The notes beneath the pieces are model-generated. The model made no database searches and was not told where the DNA came from. It was given only the letters and a program-made list of their open reading frames with translations. From positions 8,589 to 72,588 of the forward strand of contig JAKFFK010000245.1 in the NCBI GenBank assembly GCA_036675285.1: a stretch of 64,000 nt of DNA. Direction: 5' to 3'. Position numbers and translations under genes: made by a program. Below are positions 19,511 to 30,577 of this stretch, one piece after another (within the stretch, counting starts at the first letter, position 1; each line of letters starts with the position of its first letter). Source of the DNA: Paucimonas sp. GTDB lineage: Bacteria > Pseudomonadota > Gammaproteobacteria > Burkholderiales > Burkholderiaceae_D.

Positions 19511-20867
19511 AAAATTCATCCGCCGCATGCTCGGCGTCAAGAACGCTCCCGCCGACTTCACCAAGCCGGTGGTGCTGGGCGCCAAGGAACACAAGATTGA
19601 CCCGAAACTGGTATCGCCGAATGCGGTACGAGTGACGCAAGCCTTGCAGGAAGCCGGCTTCAAGGCATTCCTGGTGGGCGGGGCGGTGCGCGACTTGCTG
19701 CTGGGTATCAAGCCGAAGGATTTCGATGTCGCCACCAATGCGACGCCCGAACAGGTCAAGAAGCTGTTCCGGCGTGCCTTCATCATTGGCCGGCGCTTCC
19801 AGATCGTGCACGTGATGTTTGGCCAGGAATTGATTGAAGTCACCACGTTCCGCGGCCCGGCCACCGAATCCGCGCCCAAGGATGATCATGGCCGGGTCTT
19901 GCGCGACAATACCTTCGGCCTGCAGCATGAAGATGCGATCCGGCGCGATTTCACGATCAATGCGATGTATTACGACCCGGCCAGCCAGGAGGTACTCGAT
20001 TACCACAAGGGCATGACCGATATCCGCGACAAGACCCTGCGCATCATCGGTGTGCCGGAAGCGCGCTTCCGGGAAGACCCGGTGCGCCTGCTGCGCGTGG
20101 TGCGCTTCGCGGCCAAACTGAAATTCACTATCGATCCGACCACCAGCGCACCGATTGCAGTGATGGCGCCGCTGATCAACAATGTGCCGGCGGCGCGCGT
20201 GTTCGATGAAATGATCAAACTTTTGATGAGCGGTCATGCGCTGGCCTGCCTGCAGCAGTTGCGCAAGGAAGGCTTGCACCACGGCTTGCTGCCGCTGCTG
20301 GATGTGGTGCTGGAACAGCCGCTCGGCAAGGAATTCGTGCGGCTGGCCCTGTCCAATACCGACTTGCGCGTGCGCCAGGGCAAACCGGTGTCGCCCGGCT
20401 TCCTGTTTGCGGCGCTGCTGTGGCATCAGGTGCTGGAAAAATGGAATGCCTACAAGGTGGCCGGGGAATCGGCGATTCCCGCATTGCACCTGGCAGCCGA
20501 CGATGTACTCGAGTCGCAGGCGGAAAAGCTGGCACTGCAGCGCAAGATCACCACCGACATGCGCGACATCTGGGCGATGCAGCCGCGCTTCGAGCGGCGC
20601 ATCGGCAAGTCGCCATACAAGTTGCTGGAACATCCGCGCCTGCGTGCCGGTTACGACTTCCTGCTACTGCGCTGCGAATCGGGGGAACTGGACGCTGAAC
20701 TGGGCGAGTGGTGGACGGCCTTCATGGACGCCGATGGACCGAACCGTGAAATCCTGCTGGCGCAAAAACCGAAGGGCGACGCTGACGCCGCCGCACCGAA
20801 AAAGCGCCGGCGGCGCAGCAACCGCAGCCGTGCCAAGCCAGCCGACGATACCGGTACCGGCGACTGA
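19503..20867 (+). CDS. pcnB: Poly(A) polymerase I
   Basis: LVGGAVRDLLLGIKPKDFDVAT, RRDFTINAMYY, EDPVRLLR. Confidence 0.95.
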   Translation: MIKKFIRRMLGVKNAPADFTKPVVLGAKEHKIDPKLVSPNAVRVTQALQEAGFKAFLVGGAVRDLLLGIKPKDFDVATNATPEQVKKLFRRAFIIGRRFQIVHVMFGQELIEVTTFRGPATESAPKDDHGRVLRDNTFGLQHEDAIRRDFTINAMYYDPASQEVLDYHKGMTDIRDKTLRIIGVPEARFREDPVRLLRVVRFAAKLKFTIDPTTSAPIAVMAPLINNVPAARVFDEMIKLLMSGHALACLQQLRKEGLHHGLLPLLDVVLEQPLGKEFVRLALSNTDLRVRQGKPVSPGFLFAALLWHQVLEKWNAYKVAGESAIPALHLAADDVLESQAEKLALQRKITTDMRDIWAMQPRFERRIGKSPYKLLEHPRLRAGYDFLLLRCESGELDAELGEWWTAFMDADGPNREILLAQKPKGDADAAAPKKRRRRSNRSRAKPADDTGTGD

Positions 20868-20869
20868 CC

Positions 20870-21349
20870 GTGGCTGGCGTGACGGCGTACATTGGTATCG
20901 GCTCGAACCTGGGCGATGCCCGCGCGCAGGTGGAACAGGCGCTGGCTGCGCTGCAGCACTTGCCGCACACGCGCCTGAGCGGGCAATCGAGCCTATTTCA
21001 AACCGCGCCGGTCGAGGCTGCAGGCAATGACTTCATCAATGCCGTCGCCTGCCTCGAAACCCAATTATCGGCACAGGTGCTGCTTGAGCATCTGCAGGCG
21101 CTGGAACAGGCAGCCGGGCGCGAACGCACTTTTGTGAATGCGCCGCGCACGCTCGACCTGGATTTGCTGCTGTACGGACAGCAAGCCATTGATACGGCAA
21201 CGCTGACGGTGCCGCATCCGCGCATGACCGCGCGCGCCTTTGTGCTGATTCCGCTGTTGCAACTCGACCCGTTCATTGCGATTCCCGGCCGCGGTGCGGC
21301 GCATCAGTTCGCGCCGCAGGTGGCCGGGCAAACGATCCGCAAGCTCTGA
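20870..21349 (+). CDS. folK: 2-amino-4-hydroxy-6-hydroxymethyldihydropteridine diphosphokinase
   Basis: AYIGIGSNLG, FINAV, PRTLDLDLLLY, PHPRM. Confidence 0.95.
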   Translation: MAGVTAYIGIGSNLGDARAQVEQALAALQHLPHTRLSGQSSLFQTAPVEAAGNDFINAVACLETQLSAQVLLEHLQALEQAAGRERTFVNAPRTLDLDLLLYGQQAIDTATLTVPHPRMTARAFVLIPLLQLDPFIAIPGRGAAHQFAPQVAGQTIRKL

Positions 21350-21485
21350 CCGAACATCCTTGCCGTTAATCCTGAAACAGGCAACCATGTTCAAGCACTG
21401 CACACACAAGCAATCCGACAGAACAGATGGTGTGTGCCGCGTGCACGGGACCGTCCTCGATTCACATTGACCAGCGACCAAGGCC

Positions 21486-21833
21486 ATGCAAATTCCCGTT
21501 ACCGTGCAAACCGTCGCACTACTGAGCCTGTCGAACGTCTTCATGACGATTGCCTGGTATGGCCATTTGAAAAACCTGGCCAGCAAACCATGGTGGATCG
21601 CGGCGCTGATCAGCTGGGGCATCGCCTTGTTCGAATACCTGCTGCAGGTACCCGCCAATCGCATCGGCTTTACTGTAATGAGCCTGGCGCAGCTGAAGAT
21701 TATGCAGGAAGCGATTACACTGACAGTCTTCGTGCCGTTTGCCATGCTGTACATGGGCCAGCCGTTCAAGCTCGATTATGTGTGGGCCGGCTTGTGCCTG
21801 GTGGGCGCAGTTTATTTTATTTTCCGTTCATGA
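21486..21833 (+). CDS. DMT-family small membrane protein (DUF486-like)
   Basis: SNVFMTIAWYGHLK...SWGIALFEY...PANRIG. Confidence 0.85.
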   Translation: MQIPVTVQTVALLSLSNVFMTIAWYGHLKNLASKPWWIAALISWGIALFEYLLQVPANRIGFTVMSLAQLKIMQEAITLTVFVPFAMLYMGQPFKLDYVWAGLCLVGAVYFIFRS

Positions 21834-21834
21834 G

Positions 21835-22473
21835 ATGAGTTCCAGATATAAATACGTGGTAGTGGAAGGACCGATCGGCGCCGGCAAGACGTCGCTGACG
21901 ACCAAGATTGCGGCAAGCTGGGGCGCGCAAACGCTGCTGGAACAGCCGCTGGACAATCCGTTCCTGGAAAAGTTTTACCGCGACCCGACCCGCCATGCAC
22001 TGGCAACCCAGATGTTTTTCCTGTTTCAGCGCATGAACCAGTTGCGCGATCTGACTCAGGCCGACTTGTTTGCCGGTCCTGTTGTGTCGGATTTTTTGCT
22101 GGACAAGGATCCGATTTTTGCGCGGCTGACCTTGGGCGACGAAGAATTGCAGCTGTATCGGCAGTTGTATGAACACCTGAAGCCGCAAGCCGCTACGCCG
22201 GACCTGGTGATCTACCTGCAGGCGCAGCCCGAAACCCTGATCGAACGCGTGAAAAAGCGCGGCATCGGGATGGAGGCCGGCATGTCGGAAACCTATCTGT
22301 ACCGGCTGTGTGAAAGTTACAGCCGTTTCTTTTATCATTACGATGCAGCGCCGCTGTTGATCGTCAACACCGAGCACTTGAATCCGATCGAACGCGACGA
22401 GGATTTCACCCTGTTGATGATGCGCATTGCCAACATGCGCGGCAAGCGGGAATTTTTCAATCTTGGGGAATGA
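21835..22473 (+). CDS. Deoxynucleoside kinase
   Basis: [13 protein letters not shown]; PDLVIYLQA; RGIGME. Confidence 0.92.
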   Translation: MSSRYKYVVVEGPIGAGKTSLTTKIAASWGAQTLLEQPLDNPFLEKFYRDPTRHALATQMFFLFQRMNQLRDLTQADLFAGPVVSDFLLDKDPIFARLTLGDEELQLYRQLYEHLKPQAATPDLVIYLQAQPETLIERVKKRGIGMEAGMSETYLYRLCESYSRFFYHYDAAPLLIVNTEHLNPIERDEDFTLLMMRIANMRGKREFFNLGE

Positions 22474-23303
22474 GTATGGCCGACTACTTGCAGGACAATG
22501 ATGCAACCGGGCGCAAGAAAGCCGTCACCATTCCGGCACTGATGGCGATGCGCACAGCCGGCGAAAAAATCACGATGCTGACCTGTTATGACGCCAGCTT
22601 TGCTGCCTTGATGGATCACTGCGGTCTGGATGTGTTGCTGGTCGGGGATTCGCTCGGCAATGTCTGTCAGGGCCACAGCTCGACACTGCCGGTATCGATT
22701 GGCGACATGGCGTACCATACGGCCTGCGTTGCGCGTGGCAACCGGACCGCATTTCTGGTTGCCGATATGCCATTCGGCACTTATGCCACCCGGGAATCGG
22801 CATTCAGCCATGCCGTCACACTGATGCAGGCCGGCGCGCAAATGGTCAAACTGGAAGGCGGCGCCTGGTTGGCCGACACCGTTGTATTCCTGGTCGAACG
22901 TGGCATTCCGGTATTCGCGCATCTCGGCTTAACGCCGCAATCAGTGCATCAACTTGGCGGATTCAAGGTGCAGGGCAAAACAGCTGAAAGTGCGGAGCGA
23001 CTGAAAGCCGATGCATTGGCGCTTCAGGCAGCGGGCGCCTCGTTCCTCCTCCTTGAAGCGATTCCGGCGGCACTGGCACAGGAAGTCACCAGCCTGCTGG
23101 CTATTCCGACCATTGGTATTGGTGCCGGCGTACAGTGTTCCGGACAAGTGCTGGTCATGCATGACATGCTGGGTCTGGGCAGCCGCAAGATGCGCATGGT
23201 CAGAAATTTCATGGAAGGTGCGCCCAGCATCGAAGCCGCCGTGCGCGCTTATATTGGGGCAGTCAAGGACCAGTCTTTCCCGGCGACGGAACACAGTTTC
23301 TGA
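22470..23303 (+). CDS. panB: 3-methyl-2-oxobutanoate hydroxymethyltransferase
   Basis: [28 protein letters not shown]. Confidence 0.96.
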   Translation: MSMADYLQDNDATGRKKAVTIPALMAMRTAGEKITMLTCYDASFAALMDHCGLDVLLVGDSLGNVCQGHSSTLPVSIGDMAYHTACVARGNRTAFLVADMPFGTYATRESAFSHAVTLMQAGAQMVKLEGGAWLADTVVFLVERGIPVFAHLGLTPQSVHQLGGFKVQGKTAESAERLKADALALQAAGASFLLLEAIPAALAQEVTSLLAIPTIGIGAGVQCSGQVLVMHDMLGLGSRKMRMVRNFMEGAPSIEAAVRAYIGAVKDQSFPATEHSF

Positions 23304-23396
23304 ACGTATCTCGGCTTGATTGATGGGCACTGGCAGCGCCATCAATAGCCTGACTGCGGCGAAGCGTGGCCAGGCCCCCAGATGCAGGCAGGAGGT

Positions 23397-24071
23397 TCAA
23401 GTCGGGCAGTAATCCTCATAACGGGCATAACTGGCCTGCAGCTTTTCCGAGAGTTCGTCCGGATTGCTGACGGTTACGCCCAAATCGCGCAACAAACCAT
23501 CATGCAAGCCATAAATCCAGCTATGGATCGTCAGCGTCTGGCCGCGCTCCCAGGCATCGCGCACGGTGCTGGTCTGGCAGACATTGGCCACTTGCTCGAT
23601 CACATTCAATTCGCACAGGCGGTCCTGCTTGGCGCGCGTGGGCAAGGTATCGCCCAGATAACGCTCATGCTTTTGATGCACATCCTGCACATGGCGCAGC
23701 CAGTTGTCCGCCAGGCCAATGCGCCGGCGCGTCAGTGCTGCATGCACACCGGAGCAACCATAGTGGCCGCAGACGATCACATGCTTGACCCCCAGCAAGT
23801 CAATCGCGAACTGCAGCACCGACAAGCAGTTCAGGTCAGTATGCACCACTACATTGGCAATATTGCGATGAACGAATAATTCGCCCGGCAACAAGTCAAC
23901 GATTTCATTGGCCGGCACGCGGCTGTCGGAACAGCCAATCCATAGATATTGCGGCGACTGTTGCGCTGCAAGCTTTTTGAAAAAATCGGCATCTTGCCGC
24001 ACCATGGAAGCTGCCCATTCGCGATTATTGCGAAACAGCGTTTCCAGCCCATCATTCTTTTCGGTTGTCAT
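23397..24071 (-). CDS. can: Beta-class carbonic anhydrase
   Basis: Zn-ligand motifs WIGCSDSRVP and VCGHYGCSG; HRNIAN. Confidence 0.95.
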   Translation of the reverse strand: MTTEKNDGLETLFRNNREWAASMVRQDADFFKKLAAQQSPQYLWIGCSDSRVPANEIVDLLPGELFVHRNIANVVVHTDLNCLSVLQFAIDLLGVKHVIVCGHYGCSGVHAALTRRRIGLADNWLRHVQDVHQKHERYLGDTLPTRAKQDRLCELNVIEQVANVCQTSTVRDAWERGQTLTIHSWIYGLHDGLLRDLGVTVSNPDELSEKLQASYARYEDYCPT

Positions 24072-24331
24072 ATCCAAATCCATGTCTGTCAAAAAAGTGT
24101 TACCCATTCATGGGAGGCAGGAAATTTACTTTCCGAACGCATCCGCGCTACGCCTTGCGTCTGTGGCAAGACGAGGCATAGGCATGCAAATTTACAGTAA
24201 TCAGTTCTGAATTTTCTATATACTCACGCCGCGCGGAAACCGCGTGCCATGGGTTTCATTGTCACGTCAATGCGTGACAGCGGCGCCACGACATTTGCAA
24301 TCGACGTTTTCTTCATCAAGGCAGGAAACCA

Positions 24332-25075
24332 ATGGCAGGGCAGATCATAACCCAACACCTGAGCCTGCTGACGATCCTGTTTTGCGCCTACTTTATTCGC
24401 GGCATTGCCGGCTTCGGTTCCGGATTGATCGCCATCCCGCTGCTGGCACTGTCGCACCCACTGCCGTTTGCAGTGCCGCTAATCCTGGCCCTAGATTTTA
24501 TCGCATCCCTGGCGTTGACACGCACCGATCAAAAACTTGCCAGCTGGCCTGAAGTGCGATCGCTGCTGCCATTTGGCCTGCTTGGCGGTTTGCTGGGGGC
24601 ATTTTTGCTGATGCGGTTTCCCGCATCGGGATTGATGCTGCTGCTGGGAATGCTGGCAGTGCTGGTCGGCTTGATGGATGTACTCGGCTTGCGGCCCAAT
24701 ACGCCAATTTCGCGCCGCTGGGCGATTCCCACCGGGCTGCTCGGCGGCTGCGCCGGCGCCTTGTTTGGCACCAGTGCGCCGCCTTACATCATTTACCTGT
24801 CGCAGCGCCTGCCGGACAAGAGCGCGCTGCGCGCGACGTTTTCCTTGCTGTTCCTGATCGATGGCAGCTTCCGCTTACTCTTGTTTGCCGTGGCCGGCTT
24901 GTTGCTGACATCCGATACGCTGCGGGCAATCTGTCTTGGCCTGGTGCCGATGGCGATCGGCCTTTACCTGGGCCATCGGGTGCATGTCGACCTGACGCAA
25001 AAAAGCATGCAGCGCTTGATCGGTATCATTTTGCTCGGCAGCGGCAGCGCGCTTTTGCTCAAGGCGCTCGCCTGA
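24332..25075 (+). CDS. TauE/SafE family anion exporter
   Basis: GIAGFGSGLIAIP; about 8 transmembrane segments; GALFGTSAPP. Confidence 0.88.
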   Translation: MAGQIITQHLSLLTILFCAYFIRGIAGFGSGLIAIPLLALSHPLPFAVPLILALDFIASLALTRTDQKLASWPEVRSLLPFGLLGGLLGAFLLMRFPASGLMLLLGMLAVLVGLMDVLGLRPNTPISRRWAIPTGLLGGCAGALFGTSAPPYIIYLSQRLPDKSALRATFSLLFLIDGSFRLLLFAVAGLLLTSDTLRAICLGLVPMAIGLYLGHRVHVDLTQKSMQRLIGIILLGSGSALLLKALA

Positions 25076-25322
25076 TGGGGTGCTGCATCAGGCAGCTTGT
25101 CGCACACGCATATTGCATAAAAACAACACTTTATTGCAAGTTTGCAAAAGATAAATGATAGAGTAGCAATCCATTTAACAATTCCATGAATTGCTTGTAA
25201 CAAGCCTTGGTCGAACACGGCATGTGATTGTCTTGCTATTCTGCGCAGGCCCGGGCTGCATCGCGGCAAGCACAGACAGTCACCAGGCAGACCGGATAAA
25301 GCTGGCGCAAGCAACATCATTC

Positions 25323-26198
25323 ATGGATGCGAAGGGAGCAAGATTGATATTGCCACGCGCACTGGCTTTCGCCATCCTGAGCTGCCTGCTGGTGCGGCCG
25401 GCAGCTGCGACCGACCCGGCAGCAGCCTTGTCATTTGGCGTGATCAGCCAGCGCAGCGCCGTATTGACCGCGCAGTACTGGAATCCGATCCTGCGCTATG
25501 TCAGCCGGCACAGCGGAGTGCCGCTGCAAATCAAGCTGGCCAAAAACGCCCCTGAACATGCAGCCATGATCGGCCGCAGCGAGCTTGACTTTATCTATTC
25601 GAACCACCATCTCACGCCGGAAAATGATGCGGTCGGCTATACGGTATTTGCGCGGCCGATCGACGCCGCCATTCACGGCCAGATCATTGTGCTGGCCAGT
25701 TCGCCGATTCGCATCCTGGCGCAATTGCAGGGCCGTGAAGTCACATTTCCTTCGAGGGTCGCGTTCGTCGGCTATCACGTACCGATGGATGCATTGCTAC
25801 GTGCCGGGATTTCAGTCAAGCCGCAATTCTCCGGCAACCAGGAAGGCGCGCTGGGCCAATTGCTGTCGGGGCGAGCCGAGGCGATCGCCGTGAATTCCCA
25901 AGTCGCCAGGAACTTTGCCGAGCGCCAGCACGTCGACTATCGCGTGCTGTGGAGTTCCGGGGAATACCTGAATATTCCGATTGCAGCGCATCCATCGGTG
26001 CCAAAATCCCAGGTGCAGGCGGTGCAGGCTGCGCTGCTGCAGATGGCGGACGATCCGGAAGGCAGGGCTATTCTGACGGCCAGCGCTGCGCTGATTCAGC
26101 AAGCTCCGCCGTATGGCTTTGTTTCCGCAAGCGATCAGGAGTTCGGCAATGTGCGCCGATTTTATAAAAACAGCCTGGTGACTCTGTCTACCCAATGA
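25323..26198 (+). CDS. PhnD-like phosphate/phosphite/phosphonate-type periplasmic binding protein (start uncertain)
   Basis: Signal peptide followed by LSFGVI...WNPILRYVSR...GRSELDFIYSNH...IAAHPSVP. Confidence 0.8.
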   Translation: MDAKGARLILPRALAFAILSCLLVRPAAATDPAAALSFGVISQRSAVLTAQYWNPILRYVSRHSGVPLQIKLAKNAPEHAAMIGRSELDFIYSNHHLTPENDAVGYTVFARPIDAAIHGQIIVLASSPIRILAQLQGREVTFPSRVAFVGYHVPMDALLRAGISVKPQFSGNQEGALGQLLSGRAEAIAVNSQVARNFAERQHVDYRVLWSSGEYLNIPIAAHPSVPKSQVQAVQAALLQMADDPEGRAILTASAALIQQAPPYGFVSASDQEFGNVRRFYKNSLVTLSTQ

Positions 26199-29008
26199 AA
26201 TTTGTCTTGATCCATAAGCTATGGCAAAAGTTAAGCCTTGCCGCGCGCATCATGCTGGTGTCCGGCACGCTCCTGTTAATTACCGGCGCCGCCTATTTCA
26301 GTCTGGCCTTGCGCAGCGAAATCGATTTTTACCGCAACGACCTGCAGCAAAGCCTGCAGTATGAACTGGATTTTCTTGCCCCGGCGGTCGCGGAACCGGC
26401 CATCACTGGCGACTATGCCCTGATCCAGCAAATGCTGGCGGCACGGGTACGGCAGCCAGCCATGTTGCAAATCACCTGGACTGCCTCGGGCGGCAGCCGC
26501 CTGCAAAGCGCAAGCGATGGCGGCAGCGATGCGGCGCTGGCGGCACCTGGCTGGTTCGTGAGCTGGCTGGATTTTCCGCGCCTGGAAGACAGCAGGGAAA
26601 TCAGCATCGGCGGCGAATCCTATGGCCGGGTCCAGGTACAGTTGACGCCGGCGCCGGCCATCAACAAGATCTGGCAGGTGATGCTCAACACATTCGGCGT
26701 TTTATTGCTCGGCATCGGCATCCTGTTTAGCTTGATCGGCGCCATTCTGTCGAACGGTTTGCGCCCGCTGTATGCACTCCAGGCCGCCGCTCAGCAGTTC
26801 GGACAAGGCAAACATTCGCTGCGCATGATTGTGACCGGCCCGCCCGAAATGCAGGCATGCATCCATGCGTTTAACAGCATGGCCAGCAATATCGAGCGAC
26901 TGTTCGGGTCGCTGCGCGACAGCGGCGCGCGCAATCGGCTGCTGGGCATCATCGTCGAGCAGTCGAATGTGCCGATCATCACCAAGGATTTGAACGGCCT
27001 GATCACCAGCTGGAACGCGGCCGCGGCCGCGCTGTACGGCTATTCGGCGGAAGAAATGCTCGGACAGCCGACCAGCATATTGCATGTGCCGGGGTCGGGT
27101 CGCGAATTCGAGGAAACCCTATCGCGGGTCAATTCGGCCCAGTCCACCAATTTTGAAACCAGGCGTATCGCCAAAAATGGCGCGATGCTCAATGTGTCGA
27201 TCAGCGTCTCGCCGCTGTACGACGAGGAAAACCGGCACATCGGCGAAATCGGCATTTCACGCGACATTACCCGGCAAAAACGCGCAGAAGCCGCGTTGTC
27301 GAAAGAAAAAGAACGCGCCCAGGTGACGCTAGCGTCGATTGCCGACGCCGTAATTACCACCGATACCGATGGCAATGTCGATTACCTGAACCCGGTCGCC
27401 GAAAAACTGCTGGGCTGGCGCTGCGCAGAAGCTTGCGGCCAGCCTCTGACCGCCATTTTCCATGGCGTTAATGAGGCCAGCGGCCAGACCATCGATAATC
27501 CGGTGCACCAGGTTTTGCATGACCGGCAACGGCTGGAAGTGCGCGGCGACGCCGTGCTGGTGTCAAGAAACGGCGTGCGCTTCCCGATCGAGCATTCGGC
27601 CGCGCCGATTTCCGGCATGGATGGCGGCATCACCGGCGTGGTGCTGGTTTTCCGCGATGTCAGCGCCTCGCACAATATGGCGCGCCAGTTGTCGTGGCAA
27701 GCCAGCCACGATGCGCTGACGGCGCTGGTCAACCGGCACGAATTCGAGCGACGGCTGGATCTCCTGATCGACACCGCCCACGATCACGACCGCACGCATG
27801 CGCTGCTGTACATGGATCTGGACCAGTTCAAGATCGTCAACGATACCTGCGGCCATGTCGCCGGCGATGAATTGCTGCGCCAGCTAAGCGCCTTGCTCAA
27901 CAGCCGGATCCGCGGTTCGGACACCGTGGCGCGCCTGGGCGGCGACGAATTCGGCGTGTTGCTGGCCGACTGCCCGCTGGAAAAGGCAATGGAAGTGGCC
28001 GAAACACTGCGCCTGACAGTGTCCGAATTCCGCTTTATCTGGCAAGACAAGACCTTCGCAATCGGCGTCTCGATCGGCGTGGTCGCGATTGCCGGCGCGC
28101 GCGACAACAATACCGACGTAATGGGCGTGGCCGATGCCGCCTGCTATGCAGCCAAGGACAAGGGCCGCAACCAGGTGCAGGCCAGCCCGAATGCACGCGA
28201 ACTGTCGCAGCGGCGCGGCGAAATGCTGTGGATCGCGCGCATCAACAGTGCATTCGAGGAAAACCGCTTCCGCCTGTACTATCAGAAAATAGTGCCGATC
28301 GGCGCCGACGGCGAAGCCGCGCATCACTATGAAGCGTTGCTGCGCATGCTGGACCAGGAAGGCAATGTAATCCCGCCGATGATGTTCATTCCGGCAGCCG
28401 AGCGCTACAACCTGATGCGCACACTGGACCGCAAGGTCATCTGCATGGCGTTCGAGGAGTGCGAGCAGCGCAGGCAGCGTCAGTGGCCGGGTGACACGCC
28501 GACGATTTCGATCAATCTGTCAGGCGACTCGCTCAGCGATGCGCTGTTCCTGGATTTCCTGAAAAAGCAGTTTGTCATTTATCAGATCAATCCACAGGAA
28601 ATCTGTTTTGAAGTCACCGAAACGGCAGCGATTGCCAACCTGTCCGATGCGGTTGCGCTGATCCGCGAATTGAAGGAAATGGGTTGCCGCTTTTCCCTGG
28701 ACGATTTTGGCAGCGGCCTGTCGTCGTTCGGCTACCTGAAAAACCTGCCGGTCGATTACCTGAAAATTGACGGCAGCTTTGTGCGTGACATGGCGACCGA
28801 CCGGATCGACGCGGCGATGGTCGATGCGATCAATAATATCGGCCATGTGATGGGCATCAAGACGATTGCCGAATGGGTGGAAAACCAGGAAACGCTCGAC
28901 CTGCTGAAAAGCATCGGCGTCGATTACGCGCAAGGTTATTTGTTCGACCGGCCCAAGCCGATGTCGGAAATTTTCCCCGATACACCGGAGATCATGGCAG
29001 GGTTTTAA
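26195..29008 (+). CDS. Membrane diguanylate cyclase/phosphodiesterase: TM-periplasmic-TM-HAMP-PAS-PAS-GGDEF-EAL
   Basis: ARLGGDEF with an RxxD I-site (RGSD); HYEALLRM; LDDFGSG; KIDGSFV. Confidence 0.92.
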   Translation: MKFVLIHKLWQKLSLAARIMLVSGTLLLITGAAYFSLALRSEIDFYRNDLQQSLQYELDFLAPAVAEPAITGDYALIQQMLAARVRQPAMLQITWTASGGSRLQSASDGGSDAALAAPGWFVSWLDFPRLEDSREISIGGESYGRVQVQLTPAPAINKIWQVMLNTFGVLLLGIGILFSLIGAILSNGLRPLYALQAAAQQFGQGKHSLRMIVTGPPEMQACIHAFNSMASNIERLFGSLRDSGARNRLLGIIVEQSNVPIITKDLNGLITSWNAAAAALYGYSAEEMLGQPTSILHVPGSGREFEETLSRVNSAQSTNFETRRIAKNGAMLNVSISVSPLYDEENRHIGEIGISRDITRQKRAEAALSKEKERAQVTLASIADAVITTDTDGNVDYLNPVAEKLLGWRCAEACGQPLTAIFHGVNEASGQTIDNPVHQVLHDRQRLEVRGDAVLVSRNGVRFPIEHSAAPISGMDGGITGVVLVFRDVSASHNMARQLSWQASHDALTALVNRHEFERRLDLLIDTAHDHDRTHALLYMDLDQFKIVNDTCGHVAGDELLRQLSALLNSRIRGSDTVARLGGDEFGVLLADCPLEKAMEVAETLRLTVSEFRFIWQDKTFAIGVSIGVVAIAGARDNNTDVMGVADAACYAAKDKGRNQVQASPNARELSQRRGEMLWIARINSAFEENRFRLYYQKIVPIGADGEAAHHYEALLRMLDQEGNVIPPMMFIPAAERYNLMRTLDRKVICMAFEECEQRRQRQWPGDTPTISINLSGDSLSDALFLDFLKKQFVIYQINPQEICFEVTETAAIANLSDAVALIRELKEMGCRFSLDDFGSGLSSFGYLKNLPVDYLKIDGSFVRDMATDRIDAAMVDAINNIGHVMGIKTIAEWVENQETLDLLKSIGVDYAQGYLFDRPKPMSEIFPDTPEIMAGF

Positions 29009-29110
29009 AGTGGGTAGCGGCTTAACCCCGAAGGTAGCGTGCCAAGGTCCCGCGCAGCACCACTTCGCCAATTTGGCGACATCAACTGGATGCGATGCCA
29101 GCTTCAAAGT

Positions 29111-29144
29111 AAAAAATCGCCGGCGATGAAGCCGGCGATTTTTT
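29111..29144. terminator. Bidirectional terminator between the convergent DGC and dnaJ genes
   Basis: AAAAAATCGCCGGC-GATGAA-GCCGGCGATTTTTT. Confidence 0.85.
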
Positions 29145-29165
29145 ATTGATCAAGCGAGTTGCGAA

Positions 29166-30302
29166 TTACTCGAAAAAACCCTTGACCTTGTCTTTCCAGG
29201 ATTTCGATTGCGGGCTGTGCTTGGCACCGCCTTCCGCCGTCAGGCGGTCGAGTTCGCGCAACAAGTCTTTCTGGCGCTCGGTCAGCTTGATCGGCGTTTC
29301 GACCACGACGTGGCAGAACAAGTCTCCCGGATAGCCGGAACGCACACCCTTGATACCCTTGCCGCGCAAACGGAAGGTCTTGCCGGTTTGAGTTCCTTCC
29401 GGCAAGGTGAAGGAAGCCTTGCCACTCAGGGTCGGCACTTCGACTTCGCCACCCAACGCCGCCTTGGCAAAGGAAATCGGTATCTCGCAATGCAGATCGT
29501 CGCCATCGCGCTGGAATACCGCATGCTGCTTGATATGGATTTCGACATACAGGTCACCTGGCGGGCCGCCATTCATGCCGGGCTCGCCATTGCCGGAGGA
29601 GCGGATCCGCATACCGTCGTCGATACCGGCCGGGATCTTCACTTCCAGTGTCTTGTTGCGCTTGATGCGCCCGGCGCCGCCGCAGGCGGTACACGGTTCC
29701 GGAATGATCTTGCCGGTGCCGTGGCATTTCGGGCAGGTTTGCTGAATACTGAAAAAACCTTGTTGCATGCGCACCTGGCCATGCCCGCCGCAGGTCGGGC
29801 AAGTGGTCGGCTGGGTGCCGGGCTTGGCGCCGCTGCCGTGGCAAATGTCGCAGCCATCCCAGCTTGGCACGCGGATCGTGGTATCGAAACCGTGCGCCGC
29901 CTGTTCCAGCGAGATATCGAGGTTATAGCGCAAATCGGCGCCGCGATAGACTTGCGGTCCGCCGCCGCGCTGGCCGCCGCCACGTGCATTGCCGAAAATA
30001 TCGCCGAAGATATCGCCGAAGGCATCGGCAAAGCCAGGCCCGCCTGCGCCGCCAAAACCGCCGCTACCCATGTTCGGATCGACACCGGCATGACCATAGC
30101 GGTCATAGGCTTCGCGCTTTTGCGGATCGGACAGCATCTCGTAGGCTTCCTTGGCCTCCTTGAATTTATCTTCCGCGCCTTTGCTATCCGGATTGCGGTC
30201 CGGATGGTGTTTCATCGCGAGCTTGCGATATGCTTTCTTGATGTCATCATCCGAAGCATTTTTCGCTACACCCAGTATTTCGTAAAAATCGCGCTTTGCC
30301 AT
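29166..30302 (-). CDS. dnaJ: Chaperone DnaJ
   Basis: J-domain HPD motif, G/F-rich region, four CxxCxGxG repeats. Confidence 0.98.
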   Translation of the reverse strand: MAKRDFYEILGVAKNASDDDIKKAYRKLAMKHHPDRNPDSKGAEDKFKEAKEAYEMLSDPQKREAYDRYGHAGVDPNMGSGGFGGAGGPGFADAFGDIFGDIFGNARGGGQRGGGPQVYRGADLRYNLDISLEQAAHGFDTTIRVPSWDGCDICHGSGAKPGTQPTTCPTCGGHGQVRMQQGFFSIQQTCPKCHGTGKIIPEPCTACGGAGRIKRNKTLEVKIPAGIDDGMRIRSSGNGEPGMNGGPPGDLYVEIHIKQHAVFQRDGDDLHCEIPISFAKAALGGEVEVPTLSGKASFTLPEGTQTGKTFRLRGKGIKGVRSGYPGDLFCHVVVETPIKLTERQKDLLRELDRLTAEGGAKHSPQSKSWKDKVKGFFE

Positions 30303-30577
30303 CTTGTCGGCACCTTGTTATATCTCGAATGGATTGCATGCACAAAGGCATGTGCCGGCATTCATGCAATCCGTTCTATTCAACCCTGAATACTCATCAT
30401 CGAACCGATTTTTGCCTACGCCTGGATTCGCAGCGGAACCAGGTCACCATGACAAAAGCCGCCATTATCATGCGCTGGATGCAACGGAAAACGCCGAGTG
30501 GAGGGCCGGCCGCAAGGCCACCCCAACTCGGCGCGTCGTAGCGATATTCAAGCATACCGCCCGACCGGGGACGCAGC

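Noticed and set aside
17929-23396. Absence of the AI-2E gene between purM and hda, and of panC after panB
   Set aside because: These are ordinary lineage-level gene-order differences with no scar visible.
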